Shown: positions 29,853 through 41,346, counted from the stretch's first letter. The stretch is DNA of 64,000 nt from Pedobacter sp. (GCA_050253415.1 JBFWJC010000001.1:1096679-1160678); one strand, 5' to 3'. Notes: generated by a model from the letters alone, not told the origin. Numbers and translations are program-made.

Positions 29853-29887
29853 AAAAGGCAAGGAGACTACTCCTTGCCTTTTTTTTT
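29853..29887 (+). terminator. Rho-independent terminator closing the ribosomal supercluster
   Basis: AAAAGGCAAGGAG-ACTA-CTCCTTGCCTTTT plus T run. Confidence 0.9.
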
Positions 29888-29905
29888 GCGAAAAATCAAG
29901 TCGTC

Positions 29906-29935
29906 TTGACCGGTCTGATGGCGGCGTGCTAATTT
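29906..29935 (+). promoter_or_regulatory. Putative sigma70 promoter of the trp operon
   Basis: TTGACC, 18 bp, TAATTT with TG extended -10; about 25 nt before the trpE ATG. Confidence 0.45.
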
Positions 29936-29960
29936 GTAAACTTCGACTTTTGGAGGGGGC

Positions 29961-31445
29961 ATGTACTATCCTAGACTTGATGAATTCTGTGATTTGGCTC
30001 AGCAGGGCAACCTTATCCCCGTTTACCGGGAAATACTTGCAGATATGGAGACCCCTGTATCGGCTTTCAGAAAAATAGACGATAAAGAAACGTCCTTTTT
30101 GCTTGAAAGTATTGCTGGTGGTGAAAAATGGGCACGTTATTCCTTCTTGGGTAGCGGCCCTTGTAAGATTTTTCGTTGCAGTGGACAGCAATGGGAGGTG
30201 CTCGACGGCGGGGAGTTGATCGACGCCGGTCAATCGGATCAACCGCTTGAGATATTGCGTGATTTGCTGCAGAAATACCGGCTTGTGCCCGTTGATGGCC
30301 TCCCCCGGTTTTTTGGTGGGATGGTAGGGTATTGCGGGTATGATACTGTACGTTATTTCGAACGATTACCCGATACAAGTGAACGCAGCATCGGTACCTA
30401 TGATGCCTGTTTTATTCTTACTGAAAAACTTCTTATCTTTGATAATATTCGGCAGGTTATCAAGGTCGTTTGTAATGTTCATGTGGAAGAGGGTAGCTGT
30501 CCGGCCGGTGCCTATCAAAAAGGCGTAGAGGCGATTGATGAGCTAGTCGCTAAATTGCGGCGGCCCTTGCCCGAAGTTGTTTCCGCTTCGCAGGGTGACA
30601 CCTCTGTGGACTTTTCTTCCAATTACAGTCGTTCCGAGTTTGTTGCTGCGGTTGAACAATGTAAGGAATATGTTAAAGCGGGCGATATTATACAAGTTGT
30701 TCTTTCCCAACGTTTTTCCGGATTGCTTGGTGATTGCGATCCATTCGATATCTATCGGGCTTTAAGGACACTCAATCCTTCTCCTTATATGTTTTTTTTG
30801 CGTTTTGGTGAAACCCTCGTTGTCGGTGCTTCACCGGAGGTTCTTGTGCGCAAGGAGGAGGGAATGGTTGAGGTTCGGCCGATTGCCGGTACGCGTCACC
30901 GAGGACGTACATCTGCAGAGGATCTCGCTTTGGAAAAAGAGTTGTTGGCCGATCCCAAGGAGCTGGCGGAGCATATCATGCTGGTTGATCTTGGCCGTAA
31001 TGACTTGGGGCGAGTCTGCCGTGTGGGCACGGTAGAGGTCAGTGAATTGAAGGTTATCGAAAAATATTCACACGTCATGCATATTGTCTCCAATGTCCGA
31101 GGACAGATAGCGGATAACCTCGATTCTTTTGATGTGCTCGGAGCCACCTTTCCAGCCGGTACCCTCAGCGGGGCGCCAAAAATCCGCGCCATGCAGATTA
31201 TTGAGGAACTTGAACCTTCCCGGCGGGAAATTTATGGTGGTGCGGTCGGCTATTTTTCCTTCTCTGGAAATATGGACATGGCCATCGCTATTCGTACGCT
31301 GGTGGTTCATAATGGGATGATTCATCTGCAGGCGGGTGCTGGTATCGTCGCAGACTCTGATCCCGAGTCCGAATATGTGGAAACCTTAAATAAGGCACGC
31401 GGTGCCATGAAAGCCGTTGAAATGGCTTGTAAGGGGCTCGACTGA
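29961..31445 (+). CDS. trpE: Anthranilate synthase component I
   Basis: [39 protein letters not shown]. Confidence 0.96.
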   Translation: MYYPRLDEFCDLAQQGNLIPVYREILADMETPVSAFRKIDDKETSFLLESIAGGEKWARYSFLGSGPCKIFRCSGQQWEVLDGGELIDAGQSDQPLEILRDLLQKYRLVPVDGLPRFFGGMVGYCGYDTVRYFERLPDTSERSIGTYDACFILTEKLLIFDNIRQVIKVVCNVHVEEGSCPAGAYQKGVEAIDELVAKLRRPLPEVVSASQGDTSVDFSSNYSRSEFVAAVEQCKEYVKAGDIIQVVLSQRFSGLLGDCDPFDIYRALRTLNPSPYMFFLRFGETLVVGASPEVLVRKEEGMVEVRPIAGTRHRGRTSAEDLALEKELLADPKELAEHIMLVDLGRNDLGRVCRVGTVEVSELKVIEKYSHVMHIVSNVRGQIADNLDSFDVLGATFPAGTLSGAPKIRAMQIIEELEPSRREIYGGAVGYFSFSGNMDMAIAIRTLVVHNGMIHLQAGAGIVADSDPESEYVETLNKARGAMKAVEMACKGLD

Positions 31446-31446
31446 T

Positions 31447-32013
31447 ATGCTGCTGATGATCGATAACTATGATTCCTTCACATACAATCTTGTGCAATAC
31501 TTTGCTGAGCTTGGCGAAGAGGTTGAGGTATATCGTAACGACCAGATCGACATTGATGGGATCTTGGAACGAGGCCCCTCCCGTCTCGTGGTGTCTCCCG
31601 GTCCCTGCTCCCCCAGGGAAGCAGGTATTTCGGTTGAGGCGATCAAACAATTGTCAGGCAAATTGCCGATTCTTGGGGTTTGTCTTGGCCATCAGTCCAT
31701 CGGTTATGCTTTCGGTGGAGAGATTGTCAGAGCGGCTTCCCTTATGCATGGCAAGACGAGTGCTATCCATCATAACGGGCGTGAATTGTTTGAAGGCCTG
31801 CCAAACCCTTTTGATGCGACTCGCTACCATTCTCTGGTGATTGAGCGGTCCACCTTTCCTGCTTGTCTTGAAGTTACTGCTTGGACCGAGGATGGTGAAA
31901 TCATGGGCCTTCGTCATCGGCAGTTGCCTCTTTGGGGTGTTCAGTTTCACCCTGAATCCATTTTGACGACAGCCGGCAAAGATCTGTTGCGCAATTTTCT
32001 CCATTTGGGTTGA
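31447..32013 (+). CDS. trpG: Anthranilate synthase component II (glutamine amidotransferase)
   Basis: [24 protein letters not shown]. Confidence 0.93.
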   Translation: MLLMIDNYDSFTYNLVQYFAELGEEVEVYRNDQIDIDGILERGPSRLVVSPGPCSPREAGISVEAIKQLSGKLPILGVCLGHQSIGYAFGGEIVRAASLMHGKTSAIHHNGRELFEGLPNPFDATRYHSLVIERSTFPACLEVTAWTEDGEIMGLRHRQLPLWGVQFHPESILTTAGKDLLRNFLHLG

Positions 32014-32037
32014 TGTGTGTTGTCGAAAGAGGTGGAT

Positions 32038-33096
32038 ATGATTAAGCATGCTATTGCCCGTGTCGTGGATGGGAAAAACCTTAGCGAACCCGACATGATT
32101 GAGGTGATGAACCAGATTATGGGCGGAGAGGCGACTCCTGCGCAAATAGCTGCTTTTATCGTAGCTCTACGCATGAAGGGAGAAACGGTGGAAGAAATCA
32201 CCGGAGCTGCCAGGGTCATGCGGGATCGGGTTACCCCTGTTAAGGTCGGTCGCGTTCTGGATATGGATCGTGAAGATATCAACCTTGATCGGGAGACCAT
32301 GTCGGCGGTCCTTGATACTTGTGGGACCGGTGGCAGCGGCACCAAGTCTTTTAATATCTCCACTACGGTTGCGTTTGTCGTGGCGGCATGCGGTGTCAAA
32401 GTGGCCAAGCATGGCAACCGCAGCATTTCATCGATGTGTGGCAGCGCTGACGTGTTGGAAGCCCTCGGCGTTAATCTCGATATCGGTGTGGATCGGGTTG
32501 AACGCTGCATTGCTGAAGAAGGTATCGGTTTTTTATTCGCCCCGGCTTTGCACGGTGCCATGCGGCATGCCATCGGCCCCCGGCGTGAAATTGGGATACG
32601 CACTATATTTAATATTCTTGGCCCACTCACTAACCCTGCTGGTGCCGATCGACAAGTTCTGGGCGTGTATCGGGAAGATCTTGTTGCTACCCTTGCAGAG
32701 GTTCTTTGTCGACTTGGTTGCCGGCGCGGGTTCGTAGTGCATGGTATGGACGGTATGGATGAAGTGACCCTCACGGCTCCGACCAGGGTCGCCGATATTC
32801 GTAATGGTGCCTATCAGCTTATGACTGTCGAGCCTGAGGACTTTGGCTTTAATCGATGCCGTCTTGAAGATCTGGTTGGTGGCGATGCTCATTGTAATGC
32901 GCAACTGGTTCAAGCGATACTCAATGGGGAAAAAGGTCCACGTCGCGACGTTGTCTTGCTTAACAGCGCTTTTGCGCTGGTAGCTGCCGGTGAGGTTGAT
33001 ACTATCGATTCGGGACTGGAAACCGCTGCCAAGGCCCTCGATGATGGGCGTGCCTTAGCCAAACTCAACGCATTGATCAGGATGACTCAACAGTGA
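32038..33096 (+). CDS. trpD: Anthranilate phosphoribosyltransferase
   Basis: DTCGTGG; FNIST; KHGNRS; GPLTNP; ATG 32038 after GAGGTG. Confidence 0.96.
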   Translation: MIKHAIARVVDGKNLSEPDMIEVMNQIMGGEATPAQIAAFIVALRMKGETVEEITGAARVMRDRVTPVKVGRVLDMDREDINLDRETMSAVLDTCGTGGSGTKSFNISTTVAFVVAACGVKVAKHGNRSISSMCGSADVLEALGVNLDIGVDRVERCIAEEGIGFLFAPALHGAMRHAIGPRREIGIRTIFNILGPLTNPAGADRQVLGVYREDLVATLAEVLCRLGCRRGFVVHGMDGMDEVTLTAPTRVADIRNGAYQLMTVEPEDFGFNRCRLEDLVGGDAHCNAQLVQAILNGEKGPRRDVVLLNSAFALVAAGEVDTIDSGLETAAKALDDGRALAKLNALIRMTQQ

Positions 33097-33878
33097 TACT
33101 TGATGAAATACTCAAACATAAAAGACTTGAAGTTCAAGTTGCCAAACAGGTTTTGCCCCTTGCGGAGTTAAAAGCACGCTTATCCGAGGCGGATACCATT
33201 CGCCCCTTTACGGAGGCTCTGCGAAGACACGGGAATAGCGGCACGGCGGTCATCGCCGAGGTTAAAAAAGGATCGCCATCCAAGGGGATCATACGTCCCG
33301 ACTTCGATCCCTTGGACATCGCACGCTGCTATAGCCGCGCCGGTGCGGCCTGTCTGTCGGTTCTTACCGATGAGCGGTTTTTTCATGGGCGTCTTGAGTA
33401 TCTGACAGCTATACGCCAAGAGGTCGAACTGCCATTGTTGCGTAAGGAGTTCATCGTCGACCCTTATCAGGTTTATGAAGCGCGTGTCTTTGGAGCGGAT
33501 GCCGTTTTATTAATTGCCGCAGCTCTGGACGATGCCGTTCTTAGTGATCTGGCGGACTTGGCGGGCGAACTTCAAATGGATGTTTTGCTTGAAGTTCACG
33601 ATGAAAACGAGCTGGAGAGGGCGCTGCGCGTATCGACCCCCATGATTGGTATAAACAATCGCAATCTAAAAACATTCCATACCGATCTTGCTGTAACTGA
33701 GCGACTTCTGCCGATGATTCCTGCTGACCGCCTTGTGGTGGCTGAAAGTGGTATCCGCACACGGCAAGACATTTGCCGTCTGCAGAAGGCTGGCGCCGGT
33801 GCCTTTTTGATCGGAGAGAGTCTCGTGCGGGAAGAGGATATCGAGGGCAAGCTGTCCCTGCTGCTTGGCAAGCAGTGA
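33093..33878 (+). CDS. trpC: Indole-3-glycerol phosphate synthase
   Basis: [30 protein letters not shown]. Confidence 0.97.
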   Translation: MILDEILKHKRLEVQVAKQVLPLAELKARLSEADTIRPFTEALRRHGNSGTAVIAEVKKGSPSKGIIRPDFDPLDIARCYSRAGAACLSVLTDERFFHGRLEYLTAIRQEVELPLLRKEFIVDPYQVYEARVFGADAVLLIAAALDDAVLSDLADLAGELQMDVLLEVHDENELERALRVSTPMIGINNRNLKTFHTDLAVTERLLPMIPADRLVVAESGIRTRQDICRLQKAGAGAFLIGESLVREEDIEGKLSLLLGKQ

Positions 33879-34029
33879 CCTTCCTGCGTTGTACCGTAGC
33901 CGTTTTTCGCTCAGTGGATACTTGCCGGGACGATGACTGCATTTGCCGTCTGGTGCAAAGGGTGGGTAGTGTTGTTCTTGTCGGTAAAATGTCTGATTTG
34001 TCGCCTCAGCACCGGATACCAAGCATGTT

Positions 34030-34656
34030 ATGATCATACCTAGAGTTAAAATTTGCGGTATTACAAATCTTGAGGATGCGTTGCATGCGGTGCGATGTGG
34101 GGCGGATGCTCTGGGATTTGTTTTCTACCCCGGCAGTCCCCGCTGGATCAGTCCTGAAAAGGCTCGTGTTATTATGGGGGGATTGCCCCCGTTTGTAACG
34201 ACCGTTGGCCTGTTTGTTAATCAGCCTACGGAGGAAGTGCGTAAGGTGGTCGATTTTTGTCACCTGGATGTTATTCAGTTGCACGGTGACGAATCCCCCG
34301 AAGTGTGCCAGTCTTTGGCTCCTTGCAGGGTTGTTAAAGCGCTACGCCTGCGTGATGCAGGGAGCTTGGATGGTGTGGAGCATTACCCTGTTTGTGCAGT
34401 GTTGCTAGACGCCTGGGTGCCGGATCAGTTTGGTGGTACTGGGCATCGTTGTGATTGGCAACTAGCCGCCGAGGTAGCCAGCGAACGAACGACTATTCTT
34501 GCGGGCGGTCTGGGACCCGATTGCGTAGCTCATGCAGTTCGGCAGGTTCGGCCTTATGCTGTTGATGTATCAAGCGGAGTTGAAAGTGCGCCAGGGCGTA
34601 AAGATCCCGACAAAGTTGCTGCCTTTATTCGCAACGCAAAAGGTGTTTTGGCCTGA
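34030..34656 (+). CDS. trpF: Phosphoribosylanthranilate isomerase
   Basis: VKICGIT; QLHGDE; LAGGL; DVSSGVE. Confidence 0.97.
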   Translation: MIIPRVKICGITNLEDALHAVRCGADALGFVFYPGSPRWISPEKARVIMGGLPPFVTTVGLFVNQPTEEVRKVVDFCHLDVIQLHGDESPEVCQSLAPCRVVKALRLRDAGSLDGVEHYPVCAVLLDAWVPDQFGGTGHRCDWQLAAEVASERTTILAGGLGPDCVAHAVRQVRPYAVDVSSGVESAPGRKDPDKVAAFIRNAKGVLA

Positions 34657-34839
34657 ATAGCCGAGAGTAGCACGATAGCCTGCCCCCGGGCGGGGCTCAA
34701 AGCGCCGTGACGCCGAACCGCCGTATGTTTCAATCTCGCTTTTTGCCCAATGGATAACCCTTACGGTAGCTGTTTTGCCGTAGGGAAAAAGAGGACAATC
34801 CTTTTTGGTCCTGGCACGAAGCATACCATAGGAACTATT

Positions 34840-36135
34840 ATGAAATTTTCCGAACTGAACCTGCCCGTCGAAGTCCAGCGAGGCATCGATGCCGTGGGAT
34901 TCACTACGCTCACGCCCGTTCAGGAACAGTCGATTCCCCTGGCATTGGAGCGTAAGGATGTTGCTGCCCAGGCACAAACCGGCACTGGCAAGACAGCGGC
35001 TTTTTTAATCTCTTTATTCACGAGATTGATCCGAGATCCGCAACCTAGGGGGAATGCGCCAAGGGCTTTAATTCTTGCGCCGACCCGTGAGTTAGTCGTA
35101 CAGATAGCTGAGGACGCCACAGGGTTGGGCCGTTTTTGCGATTTTAAAATCCAGCCTATTTTTGGTGGCATCGATTATGAAAAACAACGCCAGGCGTTGC
35201 AATCCGGAGTCGATATCGTTATTGCCACTCCGGGGCGTCTGATCGATTACGTCAAGCAGGGAGCGGTATCTCTGGCCAGTATCGAGGCCTTGGTCATTGA
35301 TGAAGCGGACCGCATGTTCGATATGGGGTTTATTCGAGACCTGCGGTATATCATTCGGAAATTACCGGCGTTTGACCGGCGTCAAACCATGCTTTTTTCG
35401 GCCACCTTGTCCCACCGCGTCATGGAGTTGGCTTACGAATTCATGGACATGACCGAGAAGGTCAAGGTGACCCCGCAGAATGTTACCGCCGCACAAGTCG
35501 AAGAGGTTCTTTATCATGTCGCCCGTCGGGAGAAATTTGCATTGCTGATGGGGTTAATGAAAAAAGAGCAGGCGGAATGTGTGATGCTGTTTGTCAATAC
35601 CAAGCGCGAAGCCGAATATCTTGAAGGTCGTCTGCAGGCCAACGGTTTTAAGGCGGCTTTGATCTCGGGTGATATCCCGCAGAAAAAACGCATGCGTATC
35701 CTGGATGACTTCAAAAAAGGGCAAATTCATTTTCTGGTCGGAACAGATGTTGCGTCGCGAGGTATTCATGTTGATGGGGTGACGCACGTTATTAACTACG
35801 ATTTGCCTCAGGACCGCGAGGATTATGTGCATCGCATCGGCCGTACAGCGCGTGCCGGTGCCACCGGCAAGGCTATCAGTTTTGCCGATGAGGATCTGGT
35901 CTTTTATCTGGCTGATATCGAGGATTATATCGGGCATCGAATTCCTGCGGTATTTCCTGAAGACAGCGACTTTTGCCATCAGTACAAGTCGTTCCGGCCT
36001 CCCAAAAAGCCGGTCCGCGGGCGCACTGTAACCCCGGGCGGCAAACCAAAGGAATCACAGCCCCGTCGCCGCAAGCCACGTCGCCGTACCAAGAGCGATT
36101 CATCAGAAAATAAAACCGGGAAAGAAACACCGTGA
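34840..36135 (+). CDS. DEAD-box ATP-dependent RNA helicase (RhlB-like)
   Basis: AQTGTGKT, PTREL, DEAD, SAT and HRIGRTAR motifs; basic C-terminal tail; ATG 34840 (MKFSELNL) preferred. Confidence 0.92.
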   Translation: MKFSELNLPVEVQRGIDAVGFTTLTPVQEQSIPLALERKDVAAQAQTGTGKTAAFLISLFTRLIRDPQPRGNAPRALILAPTRELVVQIAEDATGLGRFCDFKIQPIFGGIDYEKQRQALQSGVDIVIATPGRLIDYVKQGAVSLASIEALVIDEADRMFDMGFIRDLRYIIRKLPAFDRRQTMLFSATLSHRVMELAYEFMDMTEKVKVTPQNVTAAQVEEVLYHVARREKFALLMGLMKKEQAECVMLFVNTKREAEYLEGRLQANGFKAALISGDIPQKKRMRILDDFKKGQIHFLVGTDVASRGIHVDGVTHVINYDLPQDREDYVHRIGRTARAGATGKAISFADEDLVFYLADIEDYIGHRIPAVFPEDSDFCHQYKSFRPPKKPVRGRTVTPGGKPKESQPRRRKPRRRTKSDSSENKTGKETP

Positions 36136-36806
36136 CAGGTTACGCTCTGGAGACATTGCCATCCTGCACCAAATGCTCGCGATTGGTGGACTATCTTGGC
36201 AGCCTCGCACCAGCTAAGGGCCGAAGCCGAAGCGAATACTGGAACCGGCCGGTTCCGGGTTTCGGAGACCTCCAGGCAAGAATCTTCTTGGTCGGACTGG
36301 CTCCAGGAGCGCATGGGGCAAATCGTACCGGCAGGCCTTTTACCGGTGACGGTGCCGGCGATTTTATGTATCCGTTGCTGTACGCAACCGGGTTTGCCGA
36401 TCGACCGGAGGCTGAAAGTATCGATGACGGCCTGGTGCTGACGGACCTTTATATTAGTAATGCCGTCAAGTGTGTGCCCCCTCAGAATAAACCACTGACC
36501 GATGAGTTCAGACATTGCCGTCCCTACCTGACGGCTGAGCAACTTCGCCTGCCCAATATGAAGGTGGTTGTTACTTTGGGGCGGGGTGCGTTTGACAGTT
36601 ACCTGCGCTTATGTCAGGACCAAGCCATCATACAGAGGCTCCAAGATTTTCCGTTTGCTCACGGGGCCAGTTACCAATTATCGAATGGAATATGGTTGGT
36701 CGCCTGTTATCACACCAGTAGATACAACGTGAATACAGGTCGCATCACCGAACAAATGTTTGTCGATTTAATGCACCATGTGCATGATCTGGCAGAAAAC
36801 GGTTGA
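36132..36806 (+). CDS. Uracil-DNA glycosylase, family 5 (UdgB-like, Fe-S)
   Basis: GLAPGAHGANRTGRPFTGD; CxxC...KCVPP...C. Confidence 0.88.
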   Translation: MTGYALETLPSCTKCSRLVDYLGSLAPAKGRSRSEYWNRPVPGFGDLQARIFLVGLAPGAHGANRTGRPFTGDGAGDFMYPLLYATGFADRPEAESIDDGLVLTDLYISNAVKCVPPQNKPLTDEFRHCRPYLTAEQLRLPNMKVVVTLGRGAFDSYLRLCQDQAIIQRLQDFPFAHGASYQLSNGIWLVACYHTSRYNVNTGRITEQMFVDLMHHVHDLAENG

Positions 36807-36970
36807 AATCATTCTCTGCCTTTCATAAACTTACCTGTTTTGACTGCCCTGGGGAAAAGATCCGATTTGCCCGCTTGCAGAAATATGCGGCGAGTTAGCG
36901 TTTTCCCTGATGAATTCAGACCAGTTCTCCTGTGACGACTCCTGTTGAGAACGAGCCAACGAGGTGAGAG

Positions 36971-37819
36971 ATGGCCTGGTTTAAAAAAACGAAGGCGCCG
37001 ATTGTGCCTGTTGAAAGCAAAAAAGTGAAGATGCCTGAAGGCGTCTGGCGTAAATGCCCCCATTGCAACGAAATTATCTACGCCAAAGAGATCGAGCGTA
37101 ATCAGAATGTTTGCCCCAAATGCGATTATCATTTTCGTATCTCGGCTCGGGAGCGCATTTCTCTGGTGCTCGATGAAGGCTCGTTTGCCGAGCATGATGC
37201 TACCATGCAATCCATCGATTTTCTCGAGTTCAAGGACGGTAAGCGCTATCGCGATCGCATCGGTGCAGCTATCAAAAACAGTGGCCTGAGTGATGCTGTT
37301 CTTTGGGGTGAGGGATCCATTGAGGCCTTGCCGGTGGTGGTGGCGGTGTTCGATTTCTCTTTCATGGGTGGCAGCATGGGGGCCGTGGTTGGTGAAAAGG
37401 TAACCAGGGCGGCTGAAAAGGCGTTGGAAAAACGCTGCCCCTGTCTGGTCTTTTCATCTTCCGGTGGCGCCCGCATGCAGGAAAGCATTATGTCCCTGAT
37501 GCAGATGGCCAAAACCAGTGCTGCTCTTGCCCGACTCAAGGAAGCCGGTCTTCCCTATATCTCGGTTTTGACCGACCCAACCACGGGTGGGGTAACAGCG
37601 AGCTTTGCTATGCTGGGTGACGTCAATATGGCCGAACCTCGTGCTTTGATCGGGTTTGCCGGCCCCCGCGTTATTGAACAGACCATCCGTCAGAAACTGC
37701 CTGAAGGATTTCAGCGATCGGAATATCTTCTGGAGCATGGCATGGTCGATATGATCGTTCGCCGGCCGGAAATGAAGGCGCGCCTGGCCCAGGTTTTACG
37801 TGTCTTCATGAAGCAATGA
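36971..37819 (+). CDS. accD: Acetyl-CoA carboxylase carboxyltransferase beta subunit
   Basis: CPHC...CPKC Zn finger; [24 protein letters not shown]. Confidence 0.97.
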   Translation: MAWFKKTKAPIVPVESKKVKMPEGVWRKCPHCNEIIYAKEIERNQNVCPKCDYHFRISARERISLVLDEGSFAEHDATMQSIDFLEFKDGKRYRDRIGAAIKNSGLSDAVLWGEGSIEALPVVVAVFDFSFMGGSMGAVVGEKVTRAAEKALEKRCPCLVFSSSGGARMQESIMSLMQMAKTSAALARLKEAGLPYISVLTDPTTGGVTASFAMLGDVNMAEPRALIGFAGPRVIEQTIRQKLPEGFQRSEYLLEHGMVDMIVRRPEMKARLAQVLRVFMKQ

Positions 37820-37822
37820 CCC

Positions 37823-39091
37823 ATGAATTACCAACAGAGCCTGGCTTATCTGTTTGGGCTGCAACGCTTTGGCATTAAGCTGGGCCTCGCCAATATTCAA
37901 ACCCTGCTGACAGGACTGGATAACCCCGAAAGGGCTATGCGCATTGTGCATGTGGCCGGCACTAACGGAAAAGGTTCGGTGTCGGCATCTACGGCCTTGA
38001 TACTGCAGTCGGCAGGGTATCGCACCGGCCTTTATACATCTCCGCACCTGCATTCTTTTACTGAGCGCATTCGTATCGATGGCGAGCCTGTCAGCGAAGC
38101 TGAAATGGTGGCGCTGGTTGATGAAATACGCGCGGTTGTCGGTTCCGTACCAGTCACATTTTTTGAATTTACCACAGCGATGGCGCTGTTGTATTTCAAA
38201 CGCAAGAATGTCGAATTTGCAGTGCTGGAAGTTGGCATGGGCGGTCGCCTTGACGCCACCAATGCTGTGTTGCCTGACGTCTCTGTCATTACCCCGATCT
38301 GTTACGACCATGCCGAACATCTGGGGGCGGATCTCGCGACTATTGCCGGTGAAAAAGCCGGTATCATCAAGCCGGGGATTCCGGTGGTCATTGCGTCGCA
38401 GCAGCCAGAAGCCGAACGCGTGCTGCTGGCGCGGGCTACGGAGCAACATGCCCCTGTAAGTCTTTGGGGCCGTGATTTCCAGATTATGGAACATGCCCAG
38501 TCTTTTGATTTTCTCTCTTCAAGTCTGACACTTCGGGACTTGTCCCCGGGGCTGGCCGGTGCGCATCAGCGGGAGAATCTTGCTGTGGCTCTGGAGGTTG
38601 CGGCTCTGTTGAGAAGCCGTGGGGTTGCCTTGTCGGAGCAAGCTTTGCGCCACGGTGTTGAAAACGTTCACTGGCCCGGTCGCCTCGAATGGTGGGGAGG
38701 GTTGCGGCAGGTGTTGCTTGATGGCGCCCATAATCGTGGTGGCGCTCAGGCGCTGGCCCGTTACCTGGTCTCTATCGGGTGTGGAAAAGTTCGCTGGGTG
38801 GTCGGGATCAAAGGACAACGATGCCCCGATGATATTCTTGCCCCCCTGCTGCCTCATGCATCCTGCCTTTATGCAACCTTGCCACCTGTTGACCAAGGGG
38901 TTGAACCCGATAAACTGGTTCAGACGGCCAGGCAATTCGGCGTACCGGCCGAAGTCTATCCGAGTCCGGCCGAGGCCATGGCCACCGCTCTTGCCGACAG
39001 GCGCGAGGGGGAGGTTGTGCTGGTGGCGGGCTCATTGTTTTTAGTTGCAGCTGTGCGAGACTATTTGATGGATAGGGAGAGAACCCGGTGA
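37823..39091 (+). CDS. folC: Folylpolyglutamate synthase / dihydrofolate synthase
   Basis: VAGTNGKGS; YTSPHL; EVGMGGRLDATN; DGAHN. Confidence 0.96.
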   Translation: MNYQQSLAYLFGLQRFGIKLGLANIQTLLTGLDNPERAMRIVHVAGTNGKGSVSASTALILQSAGYRTGLYTSPHLHSFTERIRIDGEPVSEAEMVALVDEIRAVVGSVPVTFFEFTTAMALLYFKRKNVEFAVLEVGMGGRLDATNAVLPDVSVITPICYDHAEHLGADLATIAGEKAGIIKPGIPVVIASQQPEAERVLLARATEQHAPVSLWGRDFQIMEHAQSFDFLSSSLTLRDLSPGLAGAHQRENLAVALEVAALLRSRGVALSEQALRHGVENVHWPGRLEWWGGLRQVLLDGAHNRGGAQALARYLVSIGCGKVRWVVGIKGQRCPDDILAPLLPHASCLYATLPPVDQGVEPDKLVQTARQFGVPAEVYPSPAEAMATALADRREGEVVLVAGSLFLVAAVRDYLMDRERTR

Positions 39092-41196
39092 AAGATAATT
39101 GCATTGCGCTGAGGGGCGCGGCCTGCCTGTTGTTGGCAATCATGATGTTGGCCGGGTGTCCGGTTTTTGCGGAGGAGACCGCTGATGTCTCTGCAGACCC
39201 TGTGGCATTGGAAGCCGAGGAGCTGGTCTTCGATCAGAAGGAGGGCGTATATCAGGCTACGGGGAATGTCTTGTTGCGCCGGGGGGATCAGACTCTGGCT
39301 ACCGAAAGTCTCCAGTTTAATGAAGAAACCGGTGATGCTCAAGCCAGCGGCCAGGTGCGTTTGTTTGACCCCGAGGCGGTTGTTTCCGGGGATGCTTTGA
39401 GCCTGAATATCCATCAGAATACAGGCTCCATCAGCAACGGGAAGATTTTTTTGCCAAAGCCTAACTTCCATGTCGCTGGTAGTGAAATCGATAAACTTGG
39501 TAAATACCGGTACCATATCCAGGATGGTACATTTACCACCTGTGATGGCGAGCGGCCTTCATGGAAATTCACCGCCCGCCAACTTGACGTTACGGTCGGC
39601 GGTTATGCCTGGGCCCGGCATGTTTTTTTTCATATATATGACGTCCCTGTTTTATATCTCCCTGTGATGGGATACCCGGTTAAAGTTGAGCGGGAGTCCG
39701 GACTGTTGATGCCACGTTACGGCCAATCCGACAAGCGTGGGACAGAGCTTTCTCTCGTCTATTATCAAGTCCTTGACCGCCATATGGATGCGACCTTTTA
39801 CCTCGACTATTTTTCCAAACTTGGTGTTGGTAAAGGGATTGAATATCGTTACTTCCTTGGACATGATAACGAGGGGGAGGCCAAGGTGTATCATGTCTCC
39901 GGTCTTGAGGGGCACAGTGATCAGGTGGCACTCGACTGGCAGCATATGGGGACCTTGCCCGGAAAGGTCTGGTTAACTGCAGACGCCCAGTATGTCAGCA
40001 GTCGCCGTTATTTTTCCGACTTTGGCGAAGTCGCTGGTGAGTATAACCGCGATCGTGCCGAGACCGTGGTGGCTGCAAGTCGGCAATGGGGGAATAACAA
40101 TCTCGCAGGTCAGTTCAAGTACTTGCGTCAATTGAATCAGGATGACGGTGATGCGCCGGTCAATGATGATTTGACATTGCAACGGTTGCCCGAGGTTCGT
40201 TTTAATATGTTACGGCAACGGTTCGGGTACAGTCCGTTTTATTACAGTCTTGACTCGTCGGCTTCCTACCTGTGGCAAAAAAAAGGGGATAAGGTCACTC
40301 GTTTTAGCCTGCGGCCAGCGTTGTCTGCCCAGTTCACTCCTGGCGAATGGTTGGAAGTCGGTGCTGAAATTGGGTACCGTGAAAGAGTTTACTCCTGGTC
40401 CGAAGGGGATGAGCAAAAGGGGGTGCCCGACGCGACCCTGCGCCTCGGTACGCGTCTCAACAGGGTTTACGATGTGGGTGGCGATACCGTCAGTAAAATT
40501 CAGCATATTATGCAGCCGGAAGTGATCTATTATTATGTGCCTACCGTAAATCAGGATGATTTGCCCCAACTAGAATCTGATGATTTTATCGGTCGCCGCA
40601 ATACGCTGAGTTACGGGTTGGTAAACCGACTGGTCGCCCGGCTTGAATCCGTTCAGGGGCAGGTGGATTACCATGAGTTTCTTTATCTGCGAGTAGCGCA
40701 GGAATACGACCTTTCGTTGACTCAGCATGTCGACCTGTTGGCCACGGACAGGCAAGAGGCGCAGCGCTGGAGCGATCTTCGCACAGAATTGATCATTCGT
40801 CCGACGCGTCACAGCTACTTTGATCTTGATTCACGTCTTGCTACAAGCGGTGAAGGCGGGTTGCGCACTTTCAGCACCGAAGGTGGCGTGGAAGACGGAC
40901 ATGGCAATGCCCTGGCGTTGCGCTACCGTTATCGCCAGGACGAGCAGGAGTATGTTGGCGTCAAGATGGATATGGCTTGGCTGAAGCCGGTTTATGTCAA
41001 CTATGAGCAGCGCTATGCTCTGGATGACAGTGTTACTCTTGAAAACGTCATCAATCTCGAATACCGGGCGCAATGTTGGAGTATGTTTGTATCGTGGAGG
41101 GACCGACGCGACGAGCAGCAATTCACCGTCAGTTTTGCTCTGACCGGAATAGGGAGAACGGCTCGTTCCGGCAGCAGCCTTGAACCAACTTTATAA
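39088..41196 (+). CDS. lptD: LPS-assembly protein LptD
   Basis: Signal peptide, FTTCD and QCW motifs, beta-barrel composition; follows accD-folC. Confidence 0.85.
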   Translation: MKDNCIALRGAACLLLAIMMLAGCPVFAEETADVSADPVALEAEELVFDQKEGVYQATGNVLLRRGDQTLATESLQFNEETGDAQASGQVRLFDPEAVVSGDALSLNIHQNTGSISNGKIFLPKPNFHVAGSEIDKLGKYRYHIQDGTFTTCDGERPSWKFTARQLDVTVGGYAWARHVFFHIYDVPVLYLPVMGYPVKVERESGLLMPRYGQSDKRGTELSLVYYQVLDRHMDATFYLDYFSKLGVGKGIEYRYFLGHDNEGEAKVYHVSGLEGHSDQVALDWQHMGTLPGKVWLTADAQYVSSRRYFSDFGEVAGEYNRDRAETVVAASRQWGNNNLAGQFKYLRQLNQDDGDAPVNDDLTLQRLPEVRFNMLRQRFGYSPFYYSLDSSASYLWQKKGDKVTRFSLRPALSAQFTPGEWLEVGAEIGYRERVYSWSEGDEQKGVPDATLRLGTRLNRVYDVGGDTVSKIQHIMQPEVIYYYVPTVNQDDLPQLESDDFIGRRNTLSYGLVNRLVARLESVQGQVDYHEFLYLRVAQEYDLSLTQHVDLLATDRQEAQRWSDLRTELIIRPTRHSYFDLDSRLATSGEGGLRTFSTEGGVEDGHGNALALRYRYRQDEQEYVGVKMDMAWLKPVYVNYEQRYALDDSVTLENVINLEYRAQCWSMFVSWRDRRDEQQFTVSFALTGIGRTARSGSSLEPTL

Positions 41197-41346
41197 TGGG
41201 ACCACAATACGGGTAAAATCCTTTGCGGAAAATGTGTAGAAACTAATTGACCGCAAAAATAAAAAAATGCTAATAATGCATAGCCCGCTAAATTATGGTA
41301 GTGGGACTGCGGCCTGTCCACATTTTAGCACCCGTAAGGAGTCTCT

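Noticed and set aside
32236..32312. Acidic insertion in TrpD before DTCGTGG
   Set aside because: Appears to be a variable surface loop typical of this lineage; catalytic motifs are intact
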